From Nemertoderma westbladi (taxonomy: Eukaryota; Animalia; Xenacoelomorpha), in the NCBI GenBank assembly GCA_032718475.1, contig JAUCBJ010009135.1, positions 82,626-146,625 on the forward strand: a stretch of DNA of 64,000 bases. The letters run 5' to 3'. The translations under genes and the position numbers were made by a program. The notes beneath the pieces were generated by a model. The model did no database searches, was not told the origin of the DNA, and worked only from the letters and a program-made list of their open reading frames with translations. Below are positions 1 to 10,890 of this stretch, one piece after another. Each line of letters opens with the position of its first letter. The stretch's first letter is position 1.

Positions 1-3000
1 ACTAGCTGGTTCTGGTAGTGTAATGAAATTTTCTCTTTCACTTTCATCACTCACTAAATCTGACATTCCTATTGTTTGAATATATGTGATATACATTGTT
101 CCTGGTTTCAAAATTGAATCATCCATATTAAACATATTGGAGTAAGTCTCTTCATTACAAAGTATGGAATTGTTACAGAGTATCGTCACTAAAAACTTTT
201 TACTATGCCCATCTGGTTTGTCCCATGAGATTAAACCAGATCGAGGAGAGGGAGTATGAATTGTGGGTTTGTCAGGTGGAACTGGTTGAACTGTAAGTGT
301 ATACCATGTTTTATCACTTATAGCATTTCCATATTCATAATAATCTGCAACACAACTAATATTGATATTGTAGTCATTGCCTGGTTCCAGATTAGTTAGC
401 ACAAAGGCAGAATCTTCTTTTGGTATTTTAATATCAGGCAGCCAAATACCACTATCTATTTTACTATAACAAAGAAGCTGAAAATCATGTTTTGATTGTG
501 TTGGTATAGTCCATTTTATGGTATATTCATACCTGTTTGAATTATTACCACTTATATTGAACAGAGGGAGAGGTTTAGTTACAGCAAAAGCATTTGTGCT
601 AGAATCTAGTATGGCTTCTGTGGTAATGTAACAAGATGTAATATTTATTTTATACAAACATCCAGGAGATAAGCGTTCAAAGAGATGAGAAGTGATAACT
701 TCATCGATGGTTGACTCTTGTACATTTTCTCCATTAACTTCATCAATATTAATTTTAAAGTAACTTATTGGACATAATGGTCTCTGCCACTTGACTTCCA
801 TAGAATTTGTTGATATGTTTTCAAATACGATATCAGTTGGTGGAAGAGGCTTTGATGTAACTGATATTTTAACTGGATTTATACAAAACAAGTTCACCAA
901 ACTGTTACAAGATAAAATATTCATAAAATATGTAGTAGATGGTAGACATGCAAATTTGTGATTTGTTTCTCCTATTACAATTCTATCTAATTCAGTGGCA
1001 ATTGTTTCATCATCAGATAATTTTGATAATTCAATACAGAAATTCATATTATCATATATTCCTTTACTAGGTCTATCCCAAGTAAGATTTATTTCGCGAA
1101 TTAAATTGGCATCTACCTCTACTGCATTACAATTTCTCACAGGCAATGGAGGATATTTTAGTTCTCTGATTGTTGAAAAGGCAATATCTCCATTTGTTGC
1201 AAACGCGCCTAATCGGATAAGGTATATGTCTCCAGGTACCAGTTCATCAATACTGAAAATATATGTGACATCATTTATCATATTTGTTGATGATAATTGC
1301 ATGTCACCCCATATAGGACCACATTCCAATTCTGACAAACTTTCATATTTATATTTTCTTAATATTTGACTATCAAAGGTAATGTTGTTAATAGTGCCAT
1401 TTGATTTTGTCATGTAAGATATGATATATTTGTCTACTTCCCAATCCACAGATTCAACTTCAATTTTAATTCGGCCATCATCATTTATTAATATTGAAAA
1501 TTCCTCAATTGGTTCTGGTGGTGTAAATATTTCCAATTTATCACTATAATCACTCATCAATGATTTAAATACTGACCTTACCATCACTTCATACCTTGTA
1601 CCAGGAAGAACTTTCACCAGCATATTACTATCAAGAGCTTCCAATTCTCTGATATCATTTTCTGATGTCATTTGTACTTTATACTTATCACATTTTCCCT
1701 CTGGGATCGTCCAATTAAGTTGAACCTCTCTTGGATCATTTGTAGAGATTTCTGGAATCATTGGAATTGCTGGTGTTGTGTCGAACTTGAAGAAAATTGA
1801 TTTATCACTGACTTGTTCACCAAAGTCATACTTTGCATCATATGTATGGGAAACCTCATAGGAAATTCCTGGAGTCAAGTCTGTGACTTTCTTTTCATTT
1901 ATACATGCAGATTCAATTGTAATTTCTCTTTCTGAATTGTCAGCAATGTCACTTTTAATAATATATAATTTTTGTCCAGTAACATAACTATTCTCCAAGG
2001 GTATGTTTCTCCATTGAATTTTATAAGTTTTATATTCTTCATTAAACCCATAAATTTCTTCAAGTTTCATTGGTTGTGCTATAAATTCTTTATTAGATTC
2101 ATCAAATTTCGGAATAGCTTCTTCATTTCTCTGATAAACTGTTCTTATCCTAATGGAATAAGCAAATCCTGGCCTCAGGTTATCTATTATGTATGAAAGA
2201 TCATTGTATCGCGGTTCCTTTACTATCCATTCTTCCATGTTACAATGTGAGTGATATCTACAATAAGCAATTTCATAATAGCTCACATTACATAATGGTT
2301 TTTTCCAAGAAATGCCCATTGTATTCATTGATATATTGTCAATCTCAATACCCAATGCTTTTGCTGGGCTAGTCGTAAATTCATCTTCAATGGGCTCACT
2401 TTCTAAATTAAAATCATCATTGCAGCTAAATAATTTAATTTTGTATATGGTTGATGGTTCAGGTACAAATGTATATTTTGTATTAAATAATTTCCTGACC
2501 CTGTTATCTTGCCAGATATTATCATTGTTAATATCAATCATTATTCTCAATCTATAACTTTTACATATACCTTGTTCAGGCTTTTCCCACGTAACTGCCA
2601 CCTGCTTGCCATCTGTGGCATTTGTGTCACAGCTAACACCAAGGGAAGACATTATAGTCTTTGTTTCTTCTGTTATCGTTAAGATCCGTGGTGGCAGAGG
2701 AGGATACTCATATAATATGTTATCGCTTAATGCAGATAAGCCGGATCCTGATTTTACTTGAAGCATTAATTTATATATGTTCCCAGGCACCAGAAGCTCA
2801 TTAATATTTTGTATACTTTTGTTATCATGCGAAAACTTTGCTGACTCCAAAGTTTGCCAAGATATTTCATCCCTGCCATCTACCACAGAATCATCCGCAT
2901 TCACATCCATTTCAAATATAGATTCCTGTTTATGGAATTTCAGTTTATATTTGTTTGGACTCCAGTCTAAGTCATCCCAGACTAGATCTTTATTGGGTAA

Positions 3001-6000
3001 AACCTTAAGACCTTTTGGTGCCTCAGGGTTTGTGGTAAATTTGCAATGGGTTACATTTTGACTACATTTATCAGCTGGTCCAATAGTTTGCACTGACACA
3101 ATGTATTCAGTTCCAGGTAGAAGATTGGTTAAATATGATTCAAAGTTACATTCACAAACCTCATAATCTATTTTTCTAGCAATATTTGGTGGGTCAATAT
3201 TTTTCATGAGTGTTACATTAAAACTTGTATAATTACCCTGCAACTCAGACCAACTCCACAAAGCTGTTGCTGATCTTGCTCTAATTGACTCTGATGGAAT
3301 TTCTATACAGCGTGGGGCCTCTGGAAAAACAGAGAACTGGTGGACATCCGATTTGTCACTGTAAACTTCCGGCAGACCATCATGTGCAGCTACACGTTTA
3401 CACCAAACCTTATACTCATATCCAGGTTCCACATCAAGAGTTACAATATTTTCATTACTGGGAATTGATACTGGAACTCTGTGTTCCAATTCATCAATTC
3501 TTTGCAAATAACAAAGTTGTTTAGAGCAGAAATAATTAGACTCTGACCAAGAAATTGTGTGTTTTGAAGTCGAGCAATTATCACCATATGAATTCAATTC
3601 CTCTGGTTTTTCTGGGAAAGTTGAAAATACCAACATTTCCGAATTTTCACTGTTATATATTTTTTTGTTATAATCTTTGTTCACAATTTTGGCATATACA
3701 AATGCTTCATATTGATAACCAGGCAACAGCTTGGTTAGTAAATATGAATTATTGCCAAGACAGTCTTCTATATTATATTTCTTATTATTTATTTTCTCAG
3801 TGTATGTGACAATGTAGTGAACTTCTTCACCTGACTCTGAGTTTTCCCAAACAAGTTCAACATTTTCTGAAGTTAATGAGCCTTCAACAATATTCAATTT
3901 TACTGGCCTTTGGGGACAAGTAAAACAGTTAATTTCCTCAATTGAGCTTTTCACATATTCATTAACAATATCCATTTCTCTGTTCACTTCATTCTCAATT
4001 ATAGTTTCTGTCCAGATTCTTATTACATATTTTGTACCTGGCTTTAATTGTTTAAATTGGTGACTACTTGTTGTACTATCCAAAAATTCATCTGGTTGTT
4101 TGTCAAATTTCACAGATTTCTGATGGTTTTTAACTTGAGCAGCGCCATTCTCAGTTTTCTCCCCAATTCGCAGACCAAACCGAGAAATAAAAGTATCTTC
4201 AGGAATATCCCAAGTAATAGAAATATCATTAGCAGCTGCACTAAATGTTGGTTCCCTTACAGGTTCTGGTAACACTGTATAGTGTAGGGATATAGGGATA
4301 CTAGAAACAGAATCTCTAATATCAATGTAAGCCTGAGCCTCCAGTGTAAATGTGTATGAGTATCCTCTCTGTAAACCATTTACTGTATATTCTTCAACAT
4401 TCCCAATGTCACCAAGGACACCTGTAGGCATATTACCTTTCAATCCTTTATTAACTGGTTTGCAGTTCAAAATATATCCCTTAGTTAATATTGAGGTTGA
4501 TTTCTTCCATGTCAATATTAATGAAACTCCCTCAATTCTGCTACTGAAATCAGAAGGTTTTGCTGGCCGAGTCCAATGAATGGCCATTGTCGGATCAGAC
4601 TGAACATTTCCATTTACAGCAACGACGAAGATAGCATACCATTGTCCCTCTTCCAGTGAGCCATCTGCACCAACTTTAAATAGCTTTCCATCTAAATTAT
4701 CACTTGTGGGTTCGCTATTAACTTCTTGAAGTGTATGCTGGCAACGCTTTAAACAAATATCCAGTGTTGGAGGAATTTTACGACTAATTATCTCATGTGA
4801 AAGAGATTTAGCTAGAATGTGATACACTTCATAATGAGTAACTGATGATGATAAATCCCACTGAACGTCAATTGTTGAAACGTCATGATCACAAATTCTT
4901 ACATTTTCAGGAGGTGGAAGACGCTTTGTCATAAATGTACCTTTAAGTGCTTCAACATTTGGCTTTGTTGAGAGATTCTTACCACTGCAAGCTGTCAATT
5001 TAAAATTATATTTTCGTTTGGGGTCAAGGTTTTGAACTTTATAGGAAGTTTGTCCTTTATTTAAAACTATATTTTCAAGCTGGAGATTGGTTGAAGATTG
5101 GTGATGAAGTTGCGACTTACGAAGCTGATGTGGTGATGATTGACTGGTCCCTTGTCTCTGAAGAATGCGCCTCTTAGTAGGGGATGTTTGTAATGCAGGA
5201 TTATGAGTCTTACTAGACTGCTGAGTATTCGTTTGAATTTGATTAATTTGAGTTGAGTGGCTATGTTCTTGCTGGGAACATTCTAACATATAATGTGTAA
5301 ATTCCCCTCTGTTTGGAGGACACCACTTTAAATCAATAAAGTTTGATCCAATTGTATCTGCTTCCATACCAATTGGCTGATATGCATAAGTATGTTCAGA
5401 AAGAGAAATACAAGCCATTGAAGTTCCATTGAGAATGGAAGACACTGAGATAGTGTATTCCTTACCAGGTTCTAAACCTTCAAATGAAGCTGTATATTCA
5501 TCACTTGCATCTATTCTGCGGAATGAGTTGTGGCTATCAGGAGGTGTTAAGCTTACTTCATAAGATGTAAGCTTTGCTGATGTTTTGTTTGTTGATTTAT
5601 GTATTAAAGCTGCCTCCCATTTAACAATTATTTTTTCTTCTGTCATTTTTTCTGATAAAAATATAACATTCTGAGGAGTCCATAGAGCCTGGAACTCATC
5701 ATTAAGAAGTGTGAAAATCTTCAATGATGCTGGAATTCCACAAGATTGAGCAACTAAGTCAAGAAGAAATAGTATATCTTGGCCCTGGGTGTCATCCACA
5801 TTTTCAATATAAGTGTAATCCGTTTTGCAGATTCGCATTTGTAGCAAGCTTTTGTGTAAATGTGAACGAGCTTTGGAAAAGGTTAAAATGGACCAATCAT
5901 CACTGCAAGATATACCAAATTTTTTGTACACAGCTAATTGTCGAGAAAATGGTCGGAGATGTAATGCAAAACACCAAAATAATGAGTATAAGTTACAGAG

Positions 6001-6771
6001 GAAGTGAATCACAAGGATAAGACACAAGATTATACTTACGTAGTGGTAAAATTTGAGCTGTGTGCTGGAGCATGCGAATTGTAGATTGGTTGCACTTGGT
6101 GTTGATGCAAATGGGTTCAATGGTATGGTGCACAATGCATCGTTATCAATAGTAGTTTGATCGGCAGCAATCCAAATATTAAATCCAAAGATAGAAGATC
6201 CAAATATGATTTCAAATACACTTTTCCACACATATGCTCGGTAAATTTTACTGCTCCTCTTTAAGGATTCACTCATTTCTTTGCACTGTCTTTCCTTCAC
6301 AAACACATCTCCAGCCCTGCCTTCTTCCAATGAATTTAGTCTTCGGGTTGAATCTGCATCAGTACAGTTTAGTGATGGTTCTACAATTAAGTTATAAAAT
6401 AATTCTAGTTTATTTCGGATAGAAGACCTCTTTAAACTAAATTTATCTACGATGAGTAGAAAAAGAGATTCAATTATCATTATGTATGGAAGATATTGTG
6501 TAACAAAATTCAATAAGTCATTTTTGCATTTCCCCTTTGCATAATCCAATATACCATCGCTAATTTCAATGTTTATGTCATCTAAGTGTTCACCCGAAGG
6601 AACGCATTGCATGTCATCTGATGCAAAAAATTTACCTGCAAGCGCAATTAATGAGACAATAAAGAGACCTTTATTTGCGAAATCCTCTATTGTGTCATGT
6701 GTTGCTGTGAAGATCTTGGTGTGAGGACTCTCTTCCCATAATGAATGCGCCAATTCCTCAACAGTTGTCAT
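1..6771 (-). CDS. Pannexin/LRRC8-like 4-TM channel domain fused to a long FN3 repeat array (3' end outside window, >=2257 aa)
   Basis: Hand translation from ATG at 6771 (context ttcaccATG, in-frame stops just upstream): MTTVEELAHSLWEESPHTKIFTATHDTIEDFANKGLFIVSLIALAGKFFASDDMQCVP...YAKGKC...QYLPYIMIIESLFLLIVDKF...KLELFYNLIVE...IYRAYVWKSVFEIIFG...LCTIP...FACS...FYHYVSIILCLILVIHFLCNLYSLFW...DILFLLDLVAQ. FN3 signatures follow (KWE...FEGLEPGKEYTISV, NLDPKRKYNFKL, SWDKPDG...LKPGTMY). All sampled blocks down to base 1 are stop-free, and the ORF track lists no minus-strand fragments here, as expected for one open frame with no stop inside the window. Confidence 0.88.
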   Translation of the reverse strand, partial: MTTVEELAHSLWEESPHTKIFTATHDTIEDFANKGLFIVSLIALAGKFFASDDMQCVPSGEHLDDINIEISDGILDYAKGKCKNDLLNFVTQYLPYIMIIESLFLLIVDKFSLKRSSIRNKLELFYNLIVEPSLNCTDADSTRRLNSLEEGRAGDVFVKERQCKEMSESLKRSSKIYRAYVWKSVFEIIFGSSIFGFNIWIAADQTTIDNDALCTIPLNPFASTPSATNLQFACSSTQLKFYHYVSIILCLILVIHFLCNLYSLFWCFALHLRPFSRQLAVYKKFGISCSDDWSILTFSKARSHLHKSLLQMRICKTDYTYIENVDDTQGQDILFLLDLVAQSCGIPASLKIFTLLNDEFQALWTPQNVIFLSEKMTEEKIIVKWEAALIHKSTNKTSAKLTSYEVSLTPPDSHNSFRRIDASDEYTASFEGLEPGKEYTISVSSILNGTSMACISLSEHTYAYQPIGMEADTIGSNFIDLKWCPPNRGEFTHYMLECSQQEHSHSTQINQIQTNTQQSSKTHNPALQTSPTKRRILQRQGTSQSSPHQLRKSQLHHQSSTNLQLENIVLNKGQTSYKVQNLDPKRKYNFKLTACSGKNLSTKPNVEALKGTFMTKRLPPPENVRICDHDVSTIDVQWDLSSSVTHYEVYHILAKSLSHEIISRKIPPTLDICLKRCQHTLQEVNSEPTSDNLDGKLFKVGADGSLEEGQWYAIFVVAVNGNVQSDPTMAIHWTRPAKPSDFSSRIEGVSLILTWKKSTSILTKGYILNCKPVNKGLKGNMPTGVLGDIGNVEEYTVNGLQRGYSYTFTLEAQAYIDIRDSVSSIPISLHYTVLPEPVREPTFSAAANDISITWDIPEDTFISRFGLRIGEKTENGAAQVKNHQKSVKFDKQPDEFLDSTTSSHQFKQLKPGTKYVIRIWTETIIENEVNREMDIVNEYVKSSIEEINCFTCPQRPVKLNIVEGSLTSENVELVWENSESGEEVHYIVTYTEKINNKKYNIEDCLGNNSYLLTKLLPGYQYEAFVYAKIVNKDYNKKIYNSENSEMLVFSTFPEKPEELNSYGDNCSTSKHTISWSESNYFCSKQLCYLQRIDELEHRVPVSIPSNENIVTLDVEPGYEYKVWCKRVAAHDGLPEVYSDKSDVHQFSVFPEAPRCIEIPSESIRARSATALWSWSELQGNYTSFNVTLMKNIDPPNIARKIDYEVCECNFESYLTNLLPGTEYIVSVQTIGPADKCSQNVTHCKFTTNPEAPKGLKVLPNKDLVWDDLDWSPNKYKLKFHKQESIFEMDVNADDSVVDGRDEISWQTLESAKFSHDNKSIQNINELLVPGNIYKLMLQVKSGSGLSALSDNILYEYPPLPPRILTITEETKTIMSSLGVSCDTNATDGKQVAVTWEKPEQGICKSYRLRIMIDINNDNIWQDNRVRKLFNTKYTFVPEPSTIYKIKLFSCNDDFNLESEPIEDEFTTSPAKALGIEIDNISMNTMGISWKKPLCNVSYYEIAYCRYHSHCNMEEWIVKEPRYNDLSYIIDNLRPGFAYSIRIRTVYQRNEEAIPKFDESNKEFIAQPMKLEEIYGFNEEYKTYKIQWRNIPLENSYVTGQKLYIIKSDIADNSEREITIESACINEKKVTDLTPGISYEVSHTYDAKYDFGEQVSDKSIFFKFDTTPAIPMIPEISTNDPREVQLNWTIPEGKCDKYKVQMTSENDIRELEALDSNMLVKVLPGTRYEVMVRSVFKSLMSDYSDKLEIFTPPEPIEEFSILINDDGRIKIEVESVDWEVDKYIISYMTKSNGTINNITFDSQILRKYKYESLSELECGPIWGDMQLSSTNMINDVTYIFSIDELVPGDIYLIRLGAFATNGDIAFSTIRELKYPPLPVRNCNAVEVDANLIREINLTWDRPSKGIYDNMNFCIELSKLSDDETIATELDRIVIGETNHKFACLPSTTYFMNILSCNSLVNLFCINPVKISVTSKPLPPTDIVFENISTNSMEVKWQRPLCPISYFKINIDEVNGENVQESTIDEVITSHLFERLSPGCLYKINITSCYITTEAILDSSTNAFAVTKPLPLFNISGNNSNRYEYTIKWTIPTQSKHDFQLLCYSKIDSGIWLPDIKIPKEDSAFVLTNLEPGNDYNINISCVADYYEYGNAISDKTWYTLTVQPVPPDKPTIHTPSPRSGLISWDKPDGHSKKFLVTILCNNSILCNEETYSNMFNMDDSILKPGTMYITYIQTIGMSDLVSDESERENFITLPEPAS
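5677..6771 (-). other. Pannexin/innexin/LRRC8-type transmembrane domain (aa ~1-365)
   Basis: Four hydrophobic segments and two Cys in each predicted extracellular loop (C56, C82, C214, C234). Colinear motif matches to LRRC8A as recalled: MIPVTEL~MTTVEEL, KYFPYLVLLHTLIFL~QYLPYIMIIESLFLL, KLEHFVSIL~KLELFYNLI, VYRLYMRQTIIKVI~IYRAYVWKSVFEII, DFAFMLHLIDQ~DILFLLDLVAQ. Confidence 0.8.
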
Positions 6772-6826
6772 GGTGAATGGAATGGGTCGTCAATGTTAGA
6801 GATTTGCTGAACTGCTCAAAATTCAC

Positions 6827-6845
6827 CTGCAACGTATAAAGGTAT
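6827..6845 (-). promoter_or_regulatory. Putative 3' splice acceptor of a 5'-UTR intron of the channel-FN3 gene
   Basis: Minus strand reads ...acctttatacgttgcag|gtgaat, 55 nt upstream of the ATG. Confidence 0.4.
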
Positions 6846-8039
6846 CTGAACTAAATATTTACTTTCGATTTAATGAATCAACTCATAGGTAAACGATTAT
6901 GCTTGGGTAGAGAAATGTATTTACAACTTAGTAACATGATTAATCAGTTGGTATTGTTGGTTCATATGATGTAAATACCGTCTGCCCAGCAACATTGCTA
7001 TATTTGTCACATGTTGTAATTTAAGCATATTTTTAAACACTACATCAAACGATCAAGAATATTCATAGAATTTTCAAACGGTATTGAAATTATGGATATT
7101 GTAACTATGTGAAATATACCAGACTTTCTGCTGTTATATTTCACTTTGAAGTTTACCCCCATATGAATAAGGTTTTTACTAAAACCCAGGCTAAAGAAGG
7201 GGTGAATCTAACCAAAACAATAAACGACTTGGAATTGTGACTGGTTATAAGCTTTGCGGGTTATTGTAAACTACTACTATAATCGGCTTGCTCTGCATTG
7301 AAGCTGTACATTGAGATGCTATGATGTCTTAACACAAAATATATTTGCCATACCATACCACTATATGCAATCCACAATTGGCATGCCTCAAGGTAGCTGC
7401 ATTAAGAAGGCTATGCCGACTTATCGACGAAATTGCTACGCCACAACTCCCTATATGTCTTTCTTGATAATCAGCATCTTCAATCTTAAGAATGTCATAA
7501 TGTTTTATTCAATATTGTTCCCACAAGGCAAACCAAAAAATTGCTTCAACTTTCGCAAGTGTCAATTTATGGCATTCATTTGACATAACCAATTTTTGTA
7601 AAGAGTACGTGGTTGTGTCCTTTAGAACCCCAGTATTTGCCAGGTACCCATTACAGGTGGGTGGGCTGAAGCTAGTTCCTTAAAGTTTAACCTTGCTTTT
7701 CATTGATCCGTTCCTTGGGTTGGAAATCTATCCACCTTATCATCCCGAACGGGTTATAGATAGATTTATTTATACATTATGTAAAAACAATAACAAATAC
7801 ACCAAACAATGTACCGGTATAAAGGTATTGTCCAACATAACATATAGGATTACCCCTAGAGCTTTGCAGCTTATTTCCAAGGGGGTCCTTTATGTTACTT
7901 GGTTACAAATACAATATTACACTACGCTAACCTAAAACCAATATAAAACGTAATTACACTATGTACATGTACAACTTTACAGAGAGCGTGACAATGTCCG
8001 ACTCAACGATAAAGATGTAATGTACAGAACAATTTATTA

Positions 8040-10890
8040 TAAAACGTAATTACAGTATAAACAGTAAATAATTAATAAACTAATAACTTACTTTATGACT
8101 ATTGTACCTATTTTTACATTTTTACATTTAACTGCAGATTTAAAAGAATGTTGATTATTTAGGTTTTTAATTTCATTAGGCAGAGCGTTCCAATTTTTAA
8201 TGCGGTTAAAAAAGAAAGTATCAGATTCAAAGGATTTACAATTCGGGAGGTAGAAGTTTGAAGCACTAGCTCTGGTACTGTAAGAGTGTGTATCGCGTAC
8301 CCTGTTGAATTTTTGTTTTAGGTAATTGGGACATTTACCATTATACACTTTATGCACATGGTTAAGGCGTAGCTGCTTAACTCTACTATCTAAGTTAAGT
8401 AGTCCAGATTCAGATAAGTCATCTGGAGTTAGGTGGTGCCTAGGTTTGTAGTCTTTAATAAATCGTACTACTTTATTCTGAGCTACTTGTAATTTACATT
8501 TAAGCTGTTTGGTTAAGCCTTCATACCAAGAAGAGCATGCATAGTCCATGTGACACTGTATTAACGAAGAGCAAAGTAACTTGCGGGAGTCGGTGTTTAA
8601 ACTATTTTTATTTCTGTATAGAAACCTAAGCCTACTGTTAACTTTCGAAAAAATATTTTTCACTGTACTTTCTCCTGACAAGCAGTTATCCAATGTGGCG
8701 CCTAAATATTTAACTTCCTTTTTATTTTCAATCTTATGTCCATTACTAGTGACTTCGAACTTAGTTACCTTCTTTAACTTTCTTTTGGAACCAAACAAAA
8801 TACTTTCATTCTTACCGTAGTGAATGGATAGCTTATTATCAACCAACCACTCATTACAGGATTCTAGAACTGCACTTAACTTTTGGGAAATATGGATAGG
8901 ATCTTTATGAGAGAAAATAAGAGCACTGTCGTCGGCATATAAAATGAGTTTAAAATCGGGATCTATACTACTTATCATATCATTTACATAGCATACAAAA
9001 AGCAGAGGACCTAATATACTACCTTGCGGTACACCACAGGTAATCTCTTGTACAGTAGACTGCGATTTGCTAATGACTACAGTTTGACCTCTGTCTGACA
9101 GGTAGGACTTGAACCAGTCTATAGAACCTACACCCATCAGGCCTAACTTACCAAGCAGAATTTCATGATCTACAGTATAGAAAGCCTTTTGTAGGTCCAA
9201 CATTACCATACCAGTATATAAACCCTTTGCGTTATTACATCTAATTGTATCAGTTAAGTTAATACGGCAGGTGTCTGTAGAATATGATTTACGAAAACTG
9301 AAGTTTATTGATCAGATTTAGCCTACTAAGATGTGCCTCCAGCTGTAGAAAAACAGAACGTTCTAGAATTTTAGATACAATACTTAAGATACTAACAGGT
9401 CTGTAATTACAGGGTTCTACTTTACTATTCTTTTTATACAGAGGAACAACCTTAGCTAATTTCAGTTCGTCTGTTACTACATTATCTACGATAGAGTAAT
9501 TAATAATAAAAGTAATAGGCACTTTAAGTACTTCAGCACCATCCTTAAGAAAACGGGCAGGTATTAGGTCTAGACCGGTACTTTTTGAGGCTGATAGGCT
9601 AAGTAGATTTTTAAAAACGAAATCCTCAGAAACGGGTTTTAAAAATAACTTTTCTGAATTTTGTAACTTTTCTAAATAAAAATTATTTAGAGTTTCGGAC
9701 CCTATACTATATTTATTACTTGATAACGGTAACTTCTTAACTAAATTTGAGGCAACATTAGTAAAATAATTATTAAATAAATTACTAACTAGAGTATGAT
9801 CATGAATCAGCTCACCGTTATCTTGCAGAACAATATTCGATTTAGATTTAAGGTTTTTATAACCTAAAGATTTTAGGGTAGACCATAGACTTTTAGGATT
9901 ATCTTTATTCTCACTTATTTTGTTGTACAAATATTCAGATTTAGCTTTTTTTATTTCCCGTTGGACAAGGTTTCTATATTTGCAGTAATTAATATAATCA
10001 GCTAAAACACAGTATTTCCTAAATTTATACAAATAGTTATCTCTTTCTCTGATATTACTAAGAATACCCGAGGTCATCCAGGGCTCAGTGCGTTGTTTAA
10101 GACTAATTTCTTTAATTGGTGCTACAGTATTAAGTGCCTTTAGAAATATATCTTTAAAAACAGTGTACGCAAGGTTAATGTCAGCGGCCTTAAAACAGGG
10201 TTCCCAGTCAGAATTAACTAACAAACTTAAAAAGCGTCCCTTGCTGTAATTTTTCATAGACCTAACAGTTACTGTTTTATGATCCCCGAAAAAAAGATTT
10301 TTGGGTCTTTCTTGTGCAGAAAACTATAAAATGATCGCTTAGACCTATAGGTAAAACCCCAGATTGAGAAATAATATCGGTATTATTCCAAAGGATGTGA
10401 TCTAGTAAAGTAGAAGTTTTACTGGTAGTTCTGGTAGAATCTCGAATAATTTGTTTTAAATCAAAAAATTTAAAATACTTTGGTACTGTTTACAGATGGG
10501 GGATGCTTTGTGATGGTAACAGATATTAAAATCACCTAAGAAATATATTTTACAGTCTGACCTAAGATTACATAAAATTGTATTTTCAAAATTTTGCAAA
10601 AAATCTGATTGTTTAGGGGGCCGATATAAAGTACCGATTAAAATAGGTTTAGTTTTAGGAAGTAAAAGTTCCACCAGTAAAACTTCGTCACAAGTCTCTA
10701 AATCTTCCCTACGATTAAAAGCTAAATCACATCGAATGTAAGTACAGACACCACCACCGTGTCTGTCCCTATCCCTACGTAAACCCACGTAATTATCAAT
10801 ATAAATTTCTCCATCAGAAACGCTATCATCGAGCCAAGTTTCAGAGATTGTTAAAACTGCTGGGTTGGATTTATTGATTAAAATAATTGG
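8040..10890 (-). mobile_element. Non-LTR retrotransposon (L2/CR1-group LINE), ORF2 endonuclease + reverse transcriptase, frameshifted
   Basis: Colinear ORF pieces: 10456..10788 (APE endonuclease: GGGVCTYIR, YRPP, LGDFN), 9289..10257 (PWMT, KSTGLDLIP, NYRPVSIL) and 8088..9209 ([33 protein letters not shown]). Boundaries approximate. Confidence 0.9.

Noticed and set aside
995-6422. Many short plus-strand ORFs in the track
   Set aside because: They are antisense shadows of the long minus-strand channel-FN3 ORF, with no recognisable domains.
7610-7760. SINE-like motif ccaggtacccattacaggtgggtgg
   Set aside because: Too short and degenerate, with no clear pol III boxes or second copy in the window.
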